64,000 nucleotides of DNA, taken from an uncultured delta proteobacterium. Lineage in GTDB: Bacteria; Desulfobacterota; Desulfomonilia; Desulfomonilales; Desulfomonilaceae. Positions 42,647-52,279 of the stretch are shown here, one piece after another. A program made the translations under genes and the position numbers. How positions within the stretch are numbered: the stretch's first letter is position 1; the number at the start of each line of letters is the position of its first letter. The stretch lies in the NCBI GenBank assembly GCA_963789265.1, contig CAWBKB010000003.1, positions 544,001 to 608,000 on the forward strand, given 5' to 3'. The notes under the pieces are model-generated. The model did no database searches. It worked only from the letters and a program-made list of their open reading frames with translations, and was not told the origin of the DNA.

Positions 42647-43296
42647 AGATGCCGGTAACAAATAAACCTAGCACCCAAGAAGCGTTGTTTCAGAGAACTC
42701 AGTACGCGAAAGGAGGTCTGACTCGTTGGTACTGGGACTTTAGAGATGCAGAAATTCTTACTTTGCTCGACGAGGATGATCGAAAAATCATCGATCTTGG
42801 ATGCGGGGAAGGGCTCACTCTACAAAAACTGATTCACCGATTTCCCTTGAGTGAGATCATGGGGATTGATCTGTTCGAAGAGAACGTTGCGATTTGTCAT
42901 GAGAATGATCTGCCGGTTAGGAAGGGTGATGTGTATGCGCTTGATGTGCCCGACAATAGCCTAGATGCGGTATTATTTTTGGAGGTCCTGGAACACTTGG
43001 ATCGGCCGGAAATGGCAATAGCGGAGATCCACAGGATTCTGAAACCAGGCGGAAAACTTGTGGTCCTCTTTCCGAACGATAGCTTCTTTAAGCTGGCGAG
43101 ACTCATGACATTCAAGTTCACAGAGGCTTTTTACGATCCAGGCCACGTAAAGCAGTGGACCCCAAGAGAGGCTCGAAAATTCTTGACAAAGGCCAATTTC
43201 TACGTCTACAGATCGAAATCAATTCCGTTTCTCTTCTGGCCGATTTGCCTGCACTGTCTCGTCGCTGCAAGAAAAACGCTTTTGACAGGTGGATAA
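42643..43296 (+). CDS. Class I SAM-dependent methyltransferase
   Basis: IDLGCGEG, EVLEHL, RILKPGG. Confidence 0.9.
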   Translation: MKMPVTNKPSTQEALFQRTQYAKGGLTRWYWDFRDAEILTLLDEDDRKIIDLGCGEGLTLQKLIHRFPLSEIMGIDLFEENVAICHENDLPVRKGDVYALDVPDNSLDAVLFLEVLEHLDRPEMAIAEIHRILKPGGKLVVLFPNDSFFKLARLMTFKFTEAFYDPGHVKQWTPREARKFLTKANFYVYRSKSIPFLFWPICLHCLVAARKTLLTGG

Positions 43297-43420
43297 GCGT
43301 TACTACGGATTCCTGTATGAAGGAATCGCTAGACCGCTTATTCTTACACTCTAAACCAATATAGCATAGCCCGGCTGACCCGGCGCCTCGGAAAACCGAG
43401 TCTGATTGGAGTAACATTTT

Positions 43421-44800
43421 TTGAAAGTTCTTTTTGTCAATGCGGTCGATCCTGCGTCAGAGGTTGAGAATCGTTTCAAACCGCTATGGCCTGCTTATTT
43501 GGCAGCCTACTGCAACGGGTTCCTCGCGAAGGGACAGGTTGAATTCCGGTTCCTAAGTGGAAAACTCGAAGAGCAACTCCAGACTTACGGGCCTGATGTA
43601 GTGGCGATAGGAGGAGTCACTCAGAATTTTCATCATGCGGTTCGGTGCGCGGCTGAGAGCAAGACCCGCGGGGCCGTGGTTATTGTCGGCGGCCCTCACA
43701 TATCCGCGTTGCCATCGTGTCTGTCTAACCACATGGACGTAGGCTGCATCGGGGAAGGCGAACAAACTTTCTTAGAATTGATGCAGATAGTCTTGAAGCA
43801 CGGCGGGCTTCCGGTCGACGCTCTCAGGGGTGTGAGAGGAATAGTGTTCCGCGCAGGCGATAGGCTGTCGAAGACTCCCGCTCGACCTCTTCTGGAAAAA
43901 ATCGATGCTATTCCACACCCTGATCGGTCGCTGGTCAAGGCATTCCAACCTCACTCTTACATGTTCACTTCGCGCGGTTGTCCGTACAAGTGCGTATTCT
44001 GCGCGTCATCTCGATTCTGGCAAAAAGTACGCTTTGCGTCAGCAGAATACATCTTGGAGGAAATCGAGCTACTCGCAGAAAAGGGCGCACGGACAATCAG
44101 CTTCTACGATGACCTGTTTGCCGTAAACAAACAAAGGCTCGAACGATTAGCAGATCTGCTTTCGAGCACCGGCGTAAATCGCAATCTGAGATTCACCTGC
44201 AGCCTCAGAGCCAATGTCGTTACCCGAGATTTGGTTGAGTTACTCAAGCGAATCAATATCGTATCCGTAGGTATGGGGCTAGAAAGCGGCTCGGACCGTA
44301 CACTTTCCTTCCTGAAAGGGAATGTGACCGTAGCGGATAACGACAAAGCGGTGAGACTACTCAAGGAGGCTGGCATCCAGGTCAACGCTTCTTTCGTGAT
44401 CGGGTCCCCCGACGAGACAGGAGCCGAAGTCATGGATACCTTCAGATTTATACGGCACAGCAGCCTCGACTTCGTTGACACATACGTGCTGACTCCATTG
44501 CCGGGGACCCCAATTTGGACTTTGGCGGCGAAACGGGGACTCGTGTCGGACGATATGGACTGGAGTCGCCTCAACGTAAACTTCGAGTATAGTTGGCGAA
44601 AAGCGGTCATAGTCTCGGAGAGGCTGAGCCGTGAGGACATTCGTAGGCTTTATATGAGGTTCCGACGTCAGAGGGTTTATCGCATCTTGAAAGCTCTGCC
44701 GAGGTCACCATGGCTTTCGGATGTTCCACGGGTAGCCTTTGGCATAATTCTGGAGAAGGCCCTCAGACTGGGCAGAAAGCTGTGGGGAACCGATGAATAG
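43421..44800 (+). CDS. Cobalamin-dependent radical SAM protein 2
   Basis: GGPHIS, GEGE, TSRGCPYKCVFC, DDLF, GLESG, GSPDET, TPLPGT. Confidence 0.92.
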   Translation: MKVLFVNAVDPASEVENRFKPLWPAYLAAYCNGFLAKGQVEFRFLSGKLEEQLQTYGPDVVAIGGVTQNFHHAVRCAAESKTRGAVVIVGGPHISALPSCLSNHMDVGCIGEGEQTFLELMQIVLKHGGLPVDALRGVRGIVFRAGDRLSKTPARPLLEKIDAIPHPDRSLVKAFQPHSYMFTSRGCPYKCVFCASSRFWQKVRFASAEYILEEIELLAEKGARTISFYDDLFAVNKQRLERLADLLSSTGVNRNLRFTCSLRANVVTRDLVELLKRINIVSVGMGLESGSDRTLSFLKGNVTVADNDKAVRLLKEAGIQVNASFVIGSPDETGAEVMDTFRFIRHSSLDFVDTYVLTPLPGTPIWTLAAKRGLVSDDMDWSRLNVNFEYSWRKAVIVSERLSREDIRRLYMRFRRQRVYRILKALPRSPWLSDVPRVAFGIILEKALRLGRKLWGTDE

Positions 44801-44952
44801 GCATTTAATCATCGGTCCTGGGGCAACGACCTGAAAGTCAGTTTGAAAATCACACTTCGATCTGTCTCCCTACCTTGCACCATTGTTTCACCTTTTGGGT
44901 ACGACCTTGACTGCCTCAGCGGAATGGATATGGGCTTCTCAACATCATTAAT

Positions 44953-44999
44953 ACCCATCTTCGACAGTGCCCCATTTTGGGGCACTGTCGAAGATGGGT
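44953..44999. repeat. Perfect 22-bp inverted repeat (hairpin)
   Basis: ACCCATCTTCGACAGTGCCCCA-TTT-TGGGGCACTGTCGAAGATGGGT. Confidence 0.9.
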
Positions 45000-45303
45000 C
45001 AGAAACATGCAAATAAGTTCCGCTCTTAGAGCTGTCACTGGAACTGAGGCTGTGGAACGCCGGATGACTTCTCTTTAATTCGCCAGCAAGAGATCCCGGG
45101 ACAAGCGTGATTATGTTTTCGGAATAAGAATTTCGGCAACTTGAAAGTCCGGGCCGGAAAACAGAATGTGAATACTGTACTTCGACAAAGAATTTGCGGC
45201 GAGCACCGCCCGGAGTTTTTCATGAAGCACGCAGAGAACTCGGTCATCGGCAGACTGTGGTTTATCAAGGTGTAATAAATAGAAAAGTAGAAAGTCATTC
45301 GGC

Positions 45304-47307
45304 ATGATGAATAAAGAATTTTCTAAAGAACAAATCAAGACCTATCTGCTCGTCGGACTGGCAGGGATTCACATCCTCATTTCTCTGTTCACTATTGTTC
45401 CAGGCTATCTTTCAATTGATGAGGCAATATACCATTGGATGGCAAGGGATTTCTCGGCCTCACGGACATTCGAGCTGTGGAACGGGTACCGGGAATTTCC
45501 TTCAGTAGAACTCGTGCACCATCATTTCCGCATTTTTGGGGATCATATAGTTCCTGCAACGCCCTATCTGTGGCCCCTCTTGAACCTTCCTCTGTACAGG
45601 CTCGTGGGCTTTTTCGGCCTGTTCGTTTTAAACAGCATCGCTTTCATAGTTTTGGTGGCAGTATGTTTTGCTTTGGCGAAAAAGATACTGAATGACCTAA
45701 ACTTGGCTCTCAATGCATCTCTCATCTTCATTTTCGGCACTTTTGCCTGGGAATACTCCCAGGCTGCCTGGCCCCACATTACTTCGATGCTATTTGCGAC
45801 TTCGGGATTCTATTTCGGAGTTTGCGGCTTCTATGCTGACACCCGAAGGCACGCTGTCCTGTACTCCCTTGCCGCAGGTTTACTTCTAGGATTGTCGCCC
45901 GGAATACGACTTGACGCAATAATTTTCCTCCCCTGCCTTCTTATGATTCTGCTTTTTGCCAAACCTTGCCGTTTTATGGAGGCAGCAGCGGTCTGTCTGG
46001 CCTCCGTCCCTGGATTGGCTGCGTTGAGTTTGACCAATTATTCTAAATTTGGGATGTTTGCACCTCTTTCTGTAGGAGGACCATCGATTTTCGGGGAGGT
46101 TGCCCCTTTTCCCGCAGCCTTAGCGACCATTTTAGGAATATTGCTCGTAATTGTTTGGCTGGTAAGCCGTTCGTCTGTAGATTTATTCGATTGGAACAAT
46201 CAAAAGAAATTCGCAATAGGTTTGCTGTCCCTTCTAGTATTGGCGCTTGCGATTCCTTACACGCGCAATATCCTTTTGAAGGAAGCTTCTCAGGCATACA
46301 CGATGATCGTTGATTTGCGAATTCTCGACTTGAGCATCGTTAAGCCGGCATTGACCCGCTCCGCCGGGGGTGGAGTGGTCTATATTGGAGGGCAAAAGAA
46401 AGCACTGTTGCAAAGCCTTCCATACCTTGTCATCTTGCTGATTCCACTTCTAAAGATGGTACGCGGAGATAGCGATTTCTCTCGACTCTGCATTCTTGCC
46501 ATTGTTCCTGTTGCATTTGTCGTTTTCTTCACCCACTATAACGATAATGGCGGTCTGTGCCTCAATTTGCGTTACCTGCTGCCTATATTGCCATTCACCT
46601 CTATTCTGACTGCGTACACTTTACGCGATTTATTTCGTCAAACTGACAGGAAGTTTCATTTTATTACTTTTGAGTTAATCGGTTTGGTCACAGCCTTTAT
46701 TTTCTTCCTTTTCACCCGGCGAATTTTCATTACAATTGACCAACAGGAATTCCCCATTTTGATCATTCCGCTGATCTTGGCCGGACTGTTGACCCTTTTG
46801 CTTGCTACAAGGGTAGTGTCTAAACGCGAAACATGGAAATTGATACCTGCGGTGGCGGTTGTCGTCTTCTTTATTGCCCTGGAGTGGGCCGGCTTGATGG
46901 CCTTTTTTTATGATTTTCCGCATCATCGACAACAACGTATACAAAATTTCACATTCGGCGGGGAAGTTGCACAAATTATCCCCAGCGATTCAATCTTCTT
47001 TACATATCCTTACATAGACGGGGTGTTGCGGCTCATTGACAGCAAACGAGTTCGTATTGCCTTTCCGGGCCAGGACGGATTCAGAGACGTTCCAAAGCTG
47101 GTTGCATTTCATCTGAACGCGGGACGACGAGTATTCGCGATGTTTCCACAGTCTTTGTGGAAACAACTGGAGAAGGGACCTCTGGCCATGTACCGCGTTC
47201 GGGCGTTGCGTCCCGCCGGTTATCTTCTACTTGCGGAGATCTCTCCTCGAGAACCAAGAAGTTCCTCCAAAGCTGGAGCGCCAGACGCAAACAATGCAGG
47301 ACGCTAG
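45304..47307 (+). CDS. Large polytopic membrane protein, GT-C/ArnT-PMT-like
   Basis: SIDEAIY acidic first loop, more than 12 TM helices, RYLLP motif, soluble C-terminal tail. Confidence 0.7.
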   Translation: MMNKEFSKEQIKTYLLVGLAGIHILISLFTIVPGYLSIDEAIYHWMARDFSASRTFELWNGYREFPSVELVHHHFRIFGDHIVPATPYLWPLLNLPLYRLVGFFGLFVLNSIAFIVLVAVCFALAKKILNDLNLALNASLIFIFGTFAWEYSQAAWPHITSMLFATSGFYFGVCGFYADTRRHAVLYSLAAGLLLGLSPGIRLDAIIFLPCLLMILLFAKPCRFMEAAAVCLASVPGLAALSLTNYSKFGMFAPLSVGGPSIFGEVAPFPAALATILGILLVIVWLVSRSSVDLFDWNNQKKFAIGLLSLLVLALAIPYTRNILLKEASQAYTMIVDLRILDLSIVKPALTRSAGGGVVYIGGQKKALLQSLPYLVILLIPLLKMVRGDSDFSRLCILAIVPVAFVVFFTHYNDNGGLCLNLRYLLPILPFTSILTAYTLRDLFRQTDRKFHFITFELIGLVTAFIFFLFTRRIFITIDQQEFPILIIPLILAGLLTLLLATRVVSKRETWKLIPAVAVVVFFIALEWAGLMAFFYDFPHHRQQRIQNFTFGGEVAQIIPSDSIFFTYPYIDGVLRLIDSKRVRIAFPGQDGFRDVPKLVAFHLNAGRRVFAMFPQSLWKQLEKGPLAMYRVRALRPAGYLLLAEISPREPRSSSKAGAPDANNAGR

Positions 47308-47488
47308 TTAGTTTGAGAAAGGAAATGTCTGTGGTACCAAAAGCCGCATCTTCTTGACTATCACCCCAAACGGGAAAAGTGACGTCTCAGAGCCTTATAT
47401 AGTCCTTGTAAACGGCGAGCAGCCTGGTTGGCACCGATCAGGAGAGATCTAATACCATTTCGCTTTCGAACAAGTGACACGTCTTTCC

Positions 47489-47660
47489 AGTGGGACAGGC
47501 ATCCTGCCTGTCGTTATGCCCGCGGACGCGGCTGTAGGGGCGAATGGCATTCACCCCAGGCGACCGCCGGTCGCCCCTACCATCCCGGGATCGGAGTCCG
47601 GGGTGATCCCACGGAACGCGGGACAGGCAATCCCGCGTTTTGCGCGGGATGCCTCACCAT
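47489..47660. repeat. Nested REP composite with two mini-hairpins
   Basis: GTGGGACAGGCATCCTGCCTGTC, GTAGGGGCG..CGCCCCTAC, CCGGGATCGGAGTCCGGGGTGA, TCCCACGGAACGCGGGA, TCCCGCGTTTTGCGCGGGA. Confidence 0.8.
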
Positions 47661-47874
47661 GCCTTGTCCATGATGGTTACTTGTTTGATAGCGCATTAGT
47701 ATAAGCTGGCTCGAGGCATTTCACATGGCACAGGTGTGAACCCGGAACAGCGAGATTTCCTTGAAAATCGCCATTGCAACTTCCTGCTTTCCATTGTAGC
47801 CTTACACAAAATTGTCTGACGTGAAATTCGTATGTCATGCATTTGTTGTCACTTTCCCTACAAGGAGGGGATTT

Positions 47875-48195
47875 ATGGCCGCAGACACCGTAAAGTGCCC
47901 ACATTGCTTTGGTGATAAACCCGCGGCAGCTAAAGTGTGTCTTCATTGTGGGCGGGACGAGCAGGGATTCGGCCCCATGCTGCCAAGCTCAGCGGTAGGG
48001 GGATCGGGCCACGCCTTCCCAAAGAGGAAAAGGTTAGCGGCCGATCTGAGAACCCACGTGATTCTCGCCGCTATTGTGGCTGCTGTAGGTTTTTTAATTA
48101 TGCTGTCGTCAGGTCTTGGGGCTCTGTTGTTTATTGTTGGGGTTGTTTGGCTCTTGACTACGAGAGTCCGAATCTGGTGGCGGCAACAACAATGA
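47875..48195 (+). CDS. Small zinc-ribbon membrane protein
   Basis: AGGAGG RBS; CPHC...CLHC followed by two TMs. Confidence 0.75.
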   Translation: MAADTVKCPHCFGDKPAAAKVCLHCGRDEQGFGPMLPSSAVGGSGHAFPKRKRLAADLRTHVILAAIVAAVGFLIMLSSGLGALLFIVGVVWLLTTRVRIWWRQQQ

Positions 48196-48280
48196 AGAAG
48201 TCATTCACCGCAGAGATTCCAGAGAATTTCATCAACCGCAGATGACACAGATGAAGATACTGGAGAATTTTGTTTTTCTT

Positions 48281-48477
48281 CCTGTCTTTGCCAAAAGTTG
48301 ACTGATTGACACCGTCACCCCGGACTCCGATCCGGGGTCCAGCCAAGAGCGGCGCGGAGGCAGGTTCTACTGGATTCCCGCGTACGCGAGAATGACGGCA
48401 AGACGTCCGTCGCGACGCGTGTTCGGCATTATTGGGGTTGGGCGGCCAAAAAGGACATTACTTTTGGCAAAGCTATA
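48281..48477. mobile_element. MITE family 2, copy B (inverted relative to A), inside a CGCAGAG-bounded element spanning about 48203-48557
   Basis: TTTGCCAAAAGT / ACTTTTGGCAAAGCTATA ends; internal REP pair. Confidence 0.7.
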
Positions 48478-48660
48478 AATACCCCAGGGTTTGCAAGCTA
48501 TATAACTGCTACCATTTATTTCTCTGCGGTCTCAGCGTATCCTGCGTCTCGCCGAACCGCAATCCCGCGCGGACCGCGGGATTGATTGCCCGCGGCAACG
48601 CTGGAATGTTATGGTGCGCCGAAGAATTGGCGGCTTGTCTGATGCGCTGGAGGTGTAGGC

Positions 48661-49653
48661 TTGACCGGTAAGAGGATTCTCGTCATAGGGGGAGCCGGAT
48701 ACGTCGGGTCACATTTCGCCCTGTACGCTGTGAAATCCGGATTCGAGGTTACAGTTCTGGACAATCTCTCGACCGGGCATCGGGCCGCGGTGCGGGGAAC
48801 CGGCTTTGTAAAAGGTGATCTGAATGAAAGCGGCTTCCTCCGAGAGCGCCTTTCGCGAAACTCGTACGCGGCTATTTTTCATTTTGCGGCAAGCTGCCTT
48901 GTCGGCGAATCGGTTTCCAATCCCGCGCAATACTATCAAAACAATGTGGTAGCCGCGTTTAACATGCTGGAAGCAATGCGGGCCACGGGTCACGATCGGC
49001 TGATCTTTTCGTCTAGCTGCGCGGTATACGGCGAACCGTCCAAACTTCCGCTCAGGGAGGATCATCCAAAGAACCCCATTTCGCCTTATGGCCGCACGAA
49101 GCTGGCGATCGAATGGATGCTCGAAGATTATCAGAGGGCTTATGGTATCCGCTTTGCAAGCCTCAGATACTTCAATGCAGCCGGCTGCGAACCCGGTGAG
49201 GGGCTGGGAGAATGTCACCGACCGGAAACACATCTGATCCCGAATATCGTTCGATATGCCTTAAAGCTGGACAAAGAACTCGTAATCTTTGGAAACGATT
49301 ACCCCACCTCAGACGGGACATGCATACGAGATTACATTCATGTTACGGACCTTGCCGAGGCCCATATCAAAGCATTGCGGAAACTCGACGATCTGCCCTT
49401 CCTTCAGCTAAACCTCGGTACAGGGGCCGGATTTTCGAATTTCGAACTGGTCAACGCGGTGGGCTGTGCCGCAGGGGTTGAACTAACACCGGCCATCGGA
49501 CCGAGACGGCCCGGTGACCCGCCTGAACTGGTCGCGGACCCGAGCGAAGCGCGTCGTTTGCTGGACTGGCGTCCTACGAGATCAGCCATCAATGACATTG
49601 TGACAGAGGTCTTGCATTGGGTGTCAGTTCATCCGGACGGGTACTCGGGTTGA
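48661..49653 (+). CDS. galE: UDP-glucose 4-epimerase
   Basis: GGAGYVGSH, HFAA...VGES, SSSCAVYG, YGRTK, LRYFNAAG, DGTCIRDYIHV. Confidence 0.95.
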   Translation: MTGKRILVIGGAGYVGSHFALYAVKSGFEVTVLDNLSTGHRAAVRGTGFVKGDLNESGFLRERLSRNSYAAIFHFAASCLVGESVSNPAQYYQNNVVAAFNMLEAMRATGHDRLIFSSSCAVYGEPSKLPLREDHPKNPISPYGRTKLAIEWMLEDYQRAYGIRFASLRYFNAAGCEPGEGLGECHRPETHLIPNIVRYALKLDKELVIFGNDYPTSDGTCIRDYIHVTDLAEAHIKALRKLDDLPFLQLNLGTGAGFSNFELVNAVGCAAGVELTPAIGPRRPGDPPELVADPSEARRLLDWRPTRSAINDIVTEVLHWVSVHPDGYSG

Positions 49654-49684
49654 AGCGATACGTGCAACTGCAATTGATGTTTTG

Positions 49685-50055
49685 GAAACTGTCTCAAAAT
49701 CAAACCATGAACGAAATTCGTAGCACGATGCTCCCCTATTCTCGGCAATCCCGCGTTCCGCGTGGGACCGGGCTACTATCTGCGGTCCCTCCGGGACGCT
49801 TGCATTTAGGCCCCGTCGGGGCGATAGAAAGTAGACCGATGCTTCAGAAAGTGTCTTAAAAACAATGAAGCGGTCGGAATCGTAGCACGAATCCCTCACC
49901 CTGTGTCCCTCTCCCAGAGGGCGAGGGAAGTGCAAAACTGCCCTGGATCTGCTCCCTCTCCCTCTGGGAGAGGGTTGGGGTGAGGGCGACGACTATACGA
50001 ATGAGCCTGAATCGTGGCACGATTTCGGGCATCAAAATAGTTTTGAGACACTTTC
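49685..50055. mobile_element. MITE family 1 composite (copy C with a second left end at 49847)
   Basis: GAAACTGTCTCAAAA at 49685, GAAAGTGTCTTAAAA at 49847, TTTTGAGACACTTTC at 50041-50055; cargo includes a CCCTCTCCC..GGGAGAGGG REP pair. Confidence 0.8.
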
Positions 50056-50073
50056 TTTAACTCCAGGAGAAAT

Positions 50074-51072
50074 ATGGCTGTTATTCTTGTTACCGGGACT
50101 GCGGGCTTCATCGGATTTCATGTGGCAAAGGCCCTGCTGGCAGGCGGTGAAACCGTGGTAGGTCTGGACAATTTCAATTCTTATTATGCTCCGGAATTGA
50201 AACGGGCACGCACCGAAGTCCTTTCCCGGGAAAAGAATTTCTTCTCTGTTGAGAGAGATTTGACGGACCGTGACGCTATTCAGCAGATCTTCAAGGAATT
50301 CTTGCCCGAATTGGTTTGCCACTTGGCCGCGCAGGCCGGCGTGAGGTATTCCCTTAGGAACCCTTATTCTTATCAGCAATCCAATCTCGAAGGATTTGTG
50401 AACCTGATTGAAGAGGCGCGTTTATTGCCCGTAAAGCGGTTTGTGTACGCGTCCAGCTCAAGCGTATACGGTGGAAACACGAAAATGCCGTATTCCGAAG
50501 ACGATCCCGTCAACACACCGATAAGCCTCTACGCGGCCACCAAACGGGCGAACGAACTTATCGCCTACACTTATACTCATCTTTGGGGACTTCAAACGGT
50601 CGGGTTGAGATTCTTTACCGTTTATGGCCCCTGGGGACGGCCCGATATGGCCTATTGGTCTTTCCTGGAGGCGATTGTCAACTCCGAGCCGATAAGAGTC
50701 TATAACTACGGGAAGAACAGCCGCGATTTCACTTATATCGACGACATAATCCCGGGAGTTACGGCTGCTTTATATCATGACAATCTTGGAGCGTACGAAA
50801 TTATCAACCTGGGAAACAACCATCCGGTGCAGGTGATGGAATTTATAGGGGCCCTGGAAGATCTTTCGGGAGCGATTGCCATAAAGGAAATGGTGCCTCC
50901 TCAGCCTGGAGACGTGGTGGCCACCTACGCAGATATCAGCAAGGCCAAAGCCAAACTCGGCTTTTCTCCTGGAACATCTTTGAAAGACGGGCTGAAGCAC
51001 TTCGTAGACTGGTATCGGCATAAGCCGGAACTCGTCCGCGCGGTCCGACGGTTTCGTTCATCAAAAATATAA
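50074..51072 (+). CDS. UDP-glucuronate 4-epimerase-like NAD-dependent epimerase
   Basis: TGTAGFIGFH, HLAAQAGVRYS, YAATK, RFFTVYGPWGRPDMA, RDFTYIDDI. Confidence 0.93.
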   Translation: MAVILVTGTAGFIGFHVAKALLAGGETVVGLDNFNSYYAPELKRARTEVLSREKNFFSVERDLTDRDAIQQIFKEFLPELVCHLAAQAGVRYSLRNPYSYQQSNLEGFVNLIEEARLLPVKRFVYASSSSVYGGNTKMPYSEDDPVNTPISLYAATKRANELIAYTYTHLWGLQTVGLRFFTVYGPWGRPDMAYWSFLEAIVNSEPIRVYNYGKNSRDFTYIDDIIPGVTAALYHDNLGAYEIINLGNNHPVQVMEFIGALEDLSGAIAIKEMVPPQPGDVVATYADISKAKAKLGFSPGTSLKDGLKHFVDWYRHKPELVRAVRRFRSSKI

Positions 51073-51081
51073 TGCTAAAAG

Positions 51082-51266
51082 TCATCGCGGAGAACGCAGA
51101 GACCGCAGAGAATTCTGATTTCGGTGCACGTTTATCCGACGGAGCACGGCACATTCCGGTCTATGACAGCGAAAGCAATCCTCGCTTGGTTATACCCGGC
51201 TGTGACTCACATGAAGCTGAATAAGCCATCTTTTTCTCCGCGTTCTCGGCGCACTCTGCGGTGAAT
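51082..51266. repeat. (CGCAGAG)-bounded element, copy 3
   Basis: Ends and interior (TGCACGT..CGACGGAGCAC..ATTCCGG..CTGAATAAG) match 29591. Confidence 0.8.
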
Positions 51267-51283
51267 ATGTTCTCTTGAAGGCG

Positions 51284-52064
51284 CTATGCGTCCAACGCGT
51301 ACAGCGCGGCCCCCAGAGCTCCTGTTATCTGAGGATGCGGCGGGACCAACACGGGCTTACCGATCTCCTCTTTTATTAGTTCCGCCAGGAACGGGTTGTG
51401 CTGTATCACACCTCCGGTGAGGACTACTGTGTCGGTGAGGGTGTCCATTTCCAGTATTCGCTTGACGACGGAACGAAAAAGTCCGCGGACTATTCTAGGC
51501 ACGGGGTGCCCAGCTTTTATCTTCTCAAGGACCTCGGTCGCGGAAAACACAGGTACAATAGCTTCCAAGAGCCACCTCGCCATCTGCGGTTCGTGCCAGA
51601 TCGTCCAATTGTTCCAGGGGCAACCGCAGACGAAGGGCCATCTCTTCAAGAAAGGCTCCTGTTCCTGCCGCGCACTTTCTGTTCATCTTGAAGCTGACTC
51701 GCTGTCCGTGCACATCCAATTTGATGATCTTGTTGTCTTGCCCCCCTATGTCCACCACGGTAATCGGACCGGGAAAGAAATAGAGGCAGCCACGGCCGTG
51801 ACATGAGATCTCAGTAAGATTCCCCGTGGAGATCGAAACGCTCTTTCTGCCATAACCTGTGGACACGATGGATGTGACTTGTCCATTGCTGAGACCCGTT
51901 TCTCTTAGGCACACTTCCCACGCCCGCTGCGACGCGGCCTGAAAATCGGTTCCGGAATAGATGACGCTGCTCGCGAGCACTCGGAGCTCACGGTCAATGA
52001 TGACTGCCTTGGTTGTGCAGGAGCCGACGTCAACTCCGCCGGCAAATTTGTGGTTCGAATTCAT
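51284..52064 (-). CDS. 2-hydroxyacyl-CoA dehydratase activase (HgdC/BadF family; frameshift near 55 codons from 51550 region)
   Basis: GVDVGS.TTK, STGYGR, TEISCH, DIGGQD.K, MNRKCAAGTG.FLE, CTVF, TGGV..N, GALGAA; frame changes at about 51550. Confidence 0.9.
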
Positions 52065-52067
52065 GGC

Positions 52068-52252
52068 TCACCGCAGAAACCGCAGAGATCGCGGAGCATT
52101 CTTCTTTTCTATGAAATTCTCTCGATGAAAACATGGTGCATCCGGATCTGCGACAATGAAATCATGCCGGGCTGAGTGCGCGGCCACGTGGATGATGCTG
52201 CAATGTGCAAACCGTATTTTTCTCAGCGTTCTCCGCGCGCTCTGCGGTGAAT
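52068..52252. repeat. (CGCAGAG)-bounded element, copy 4 (more divergent interior)
   Basis: TCACCGCAGAAACCGCAGAG...CTCTGCGGTGAAT; same length class. Confidence 0.7.
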
Positions 52253-52279
52253 CTTGCTTACCCCATGAAGGATTACGTT

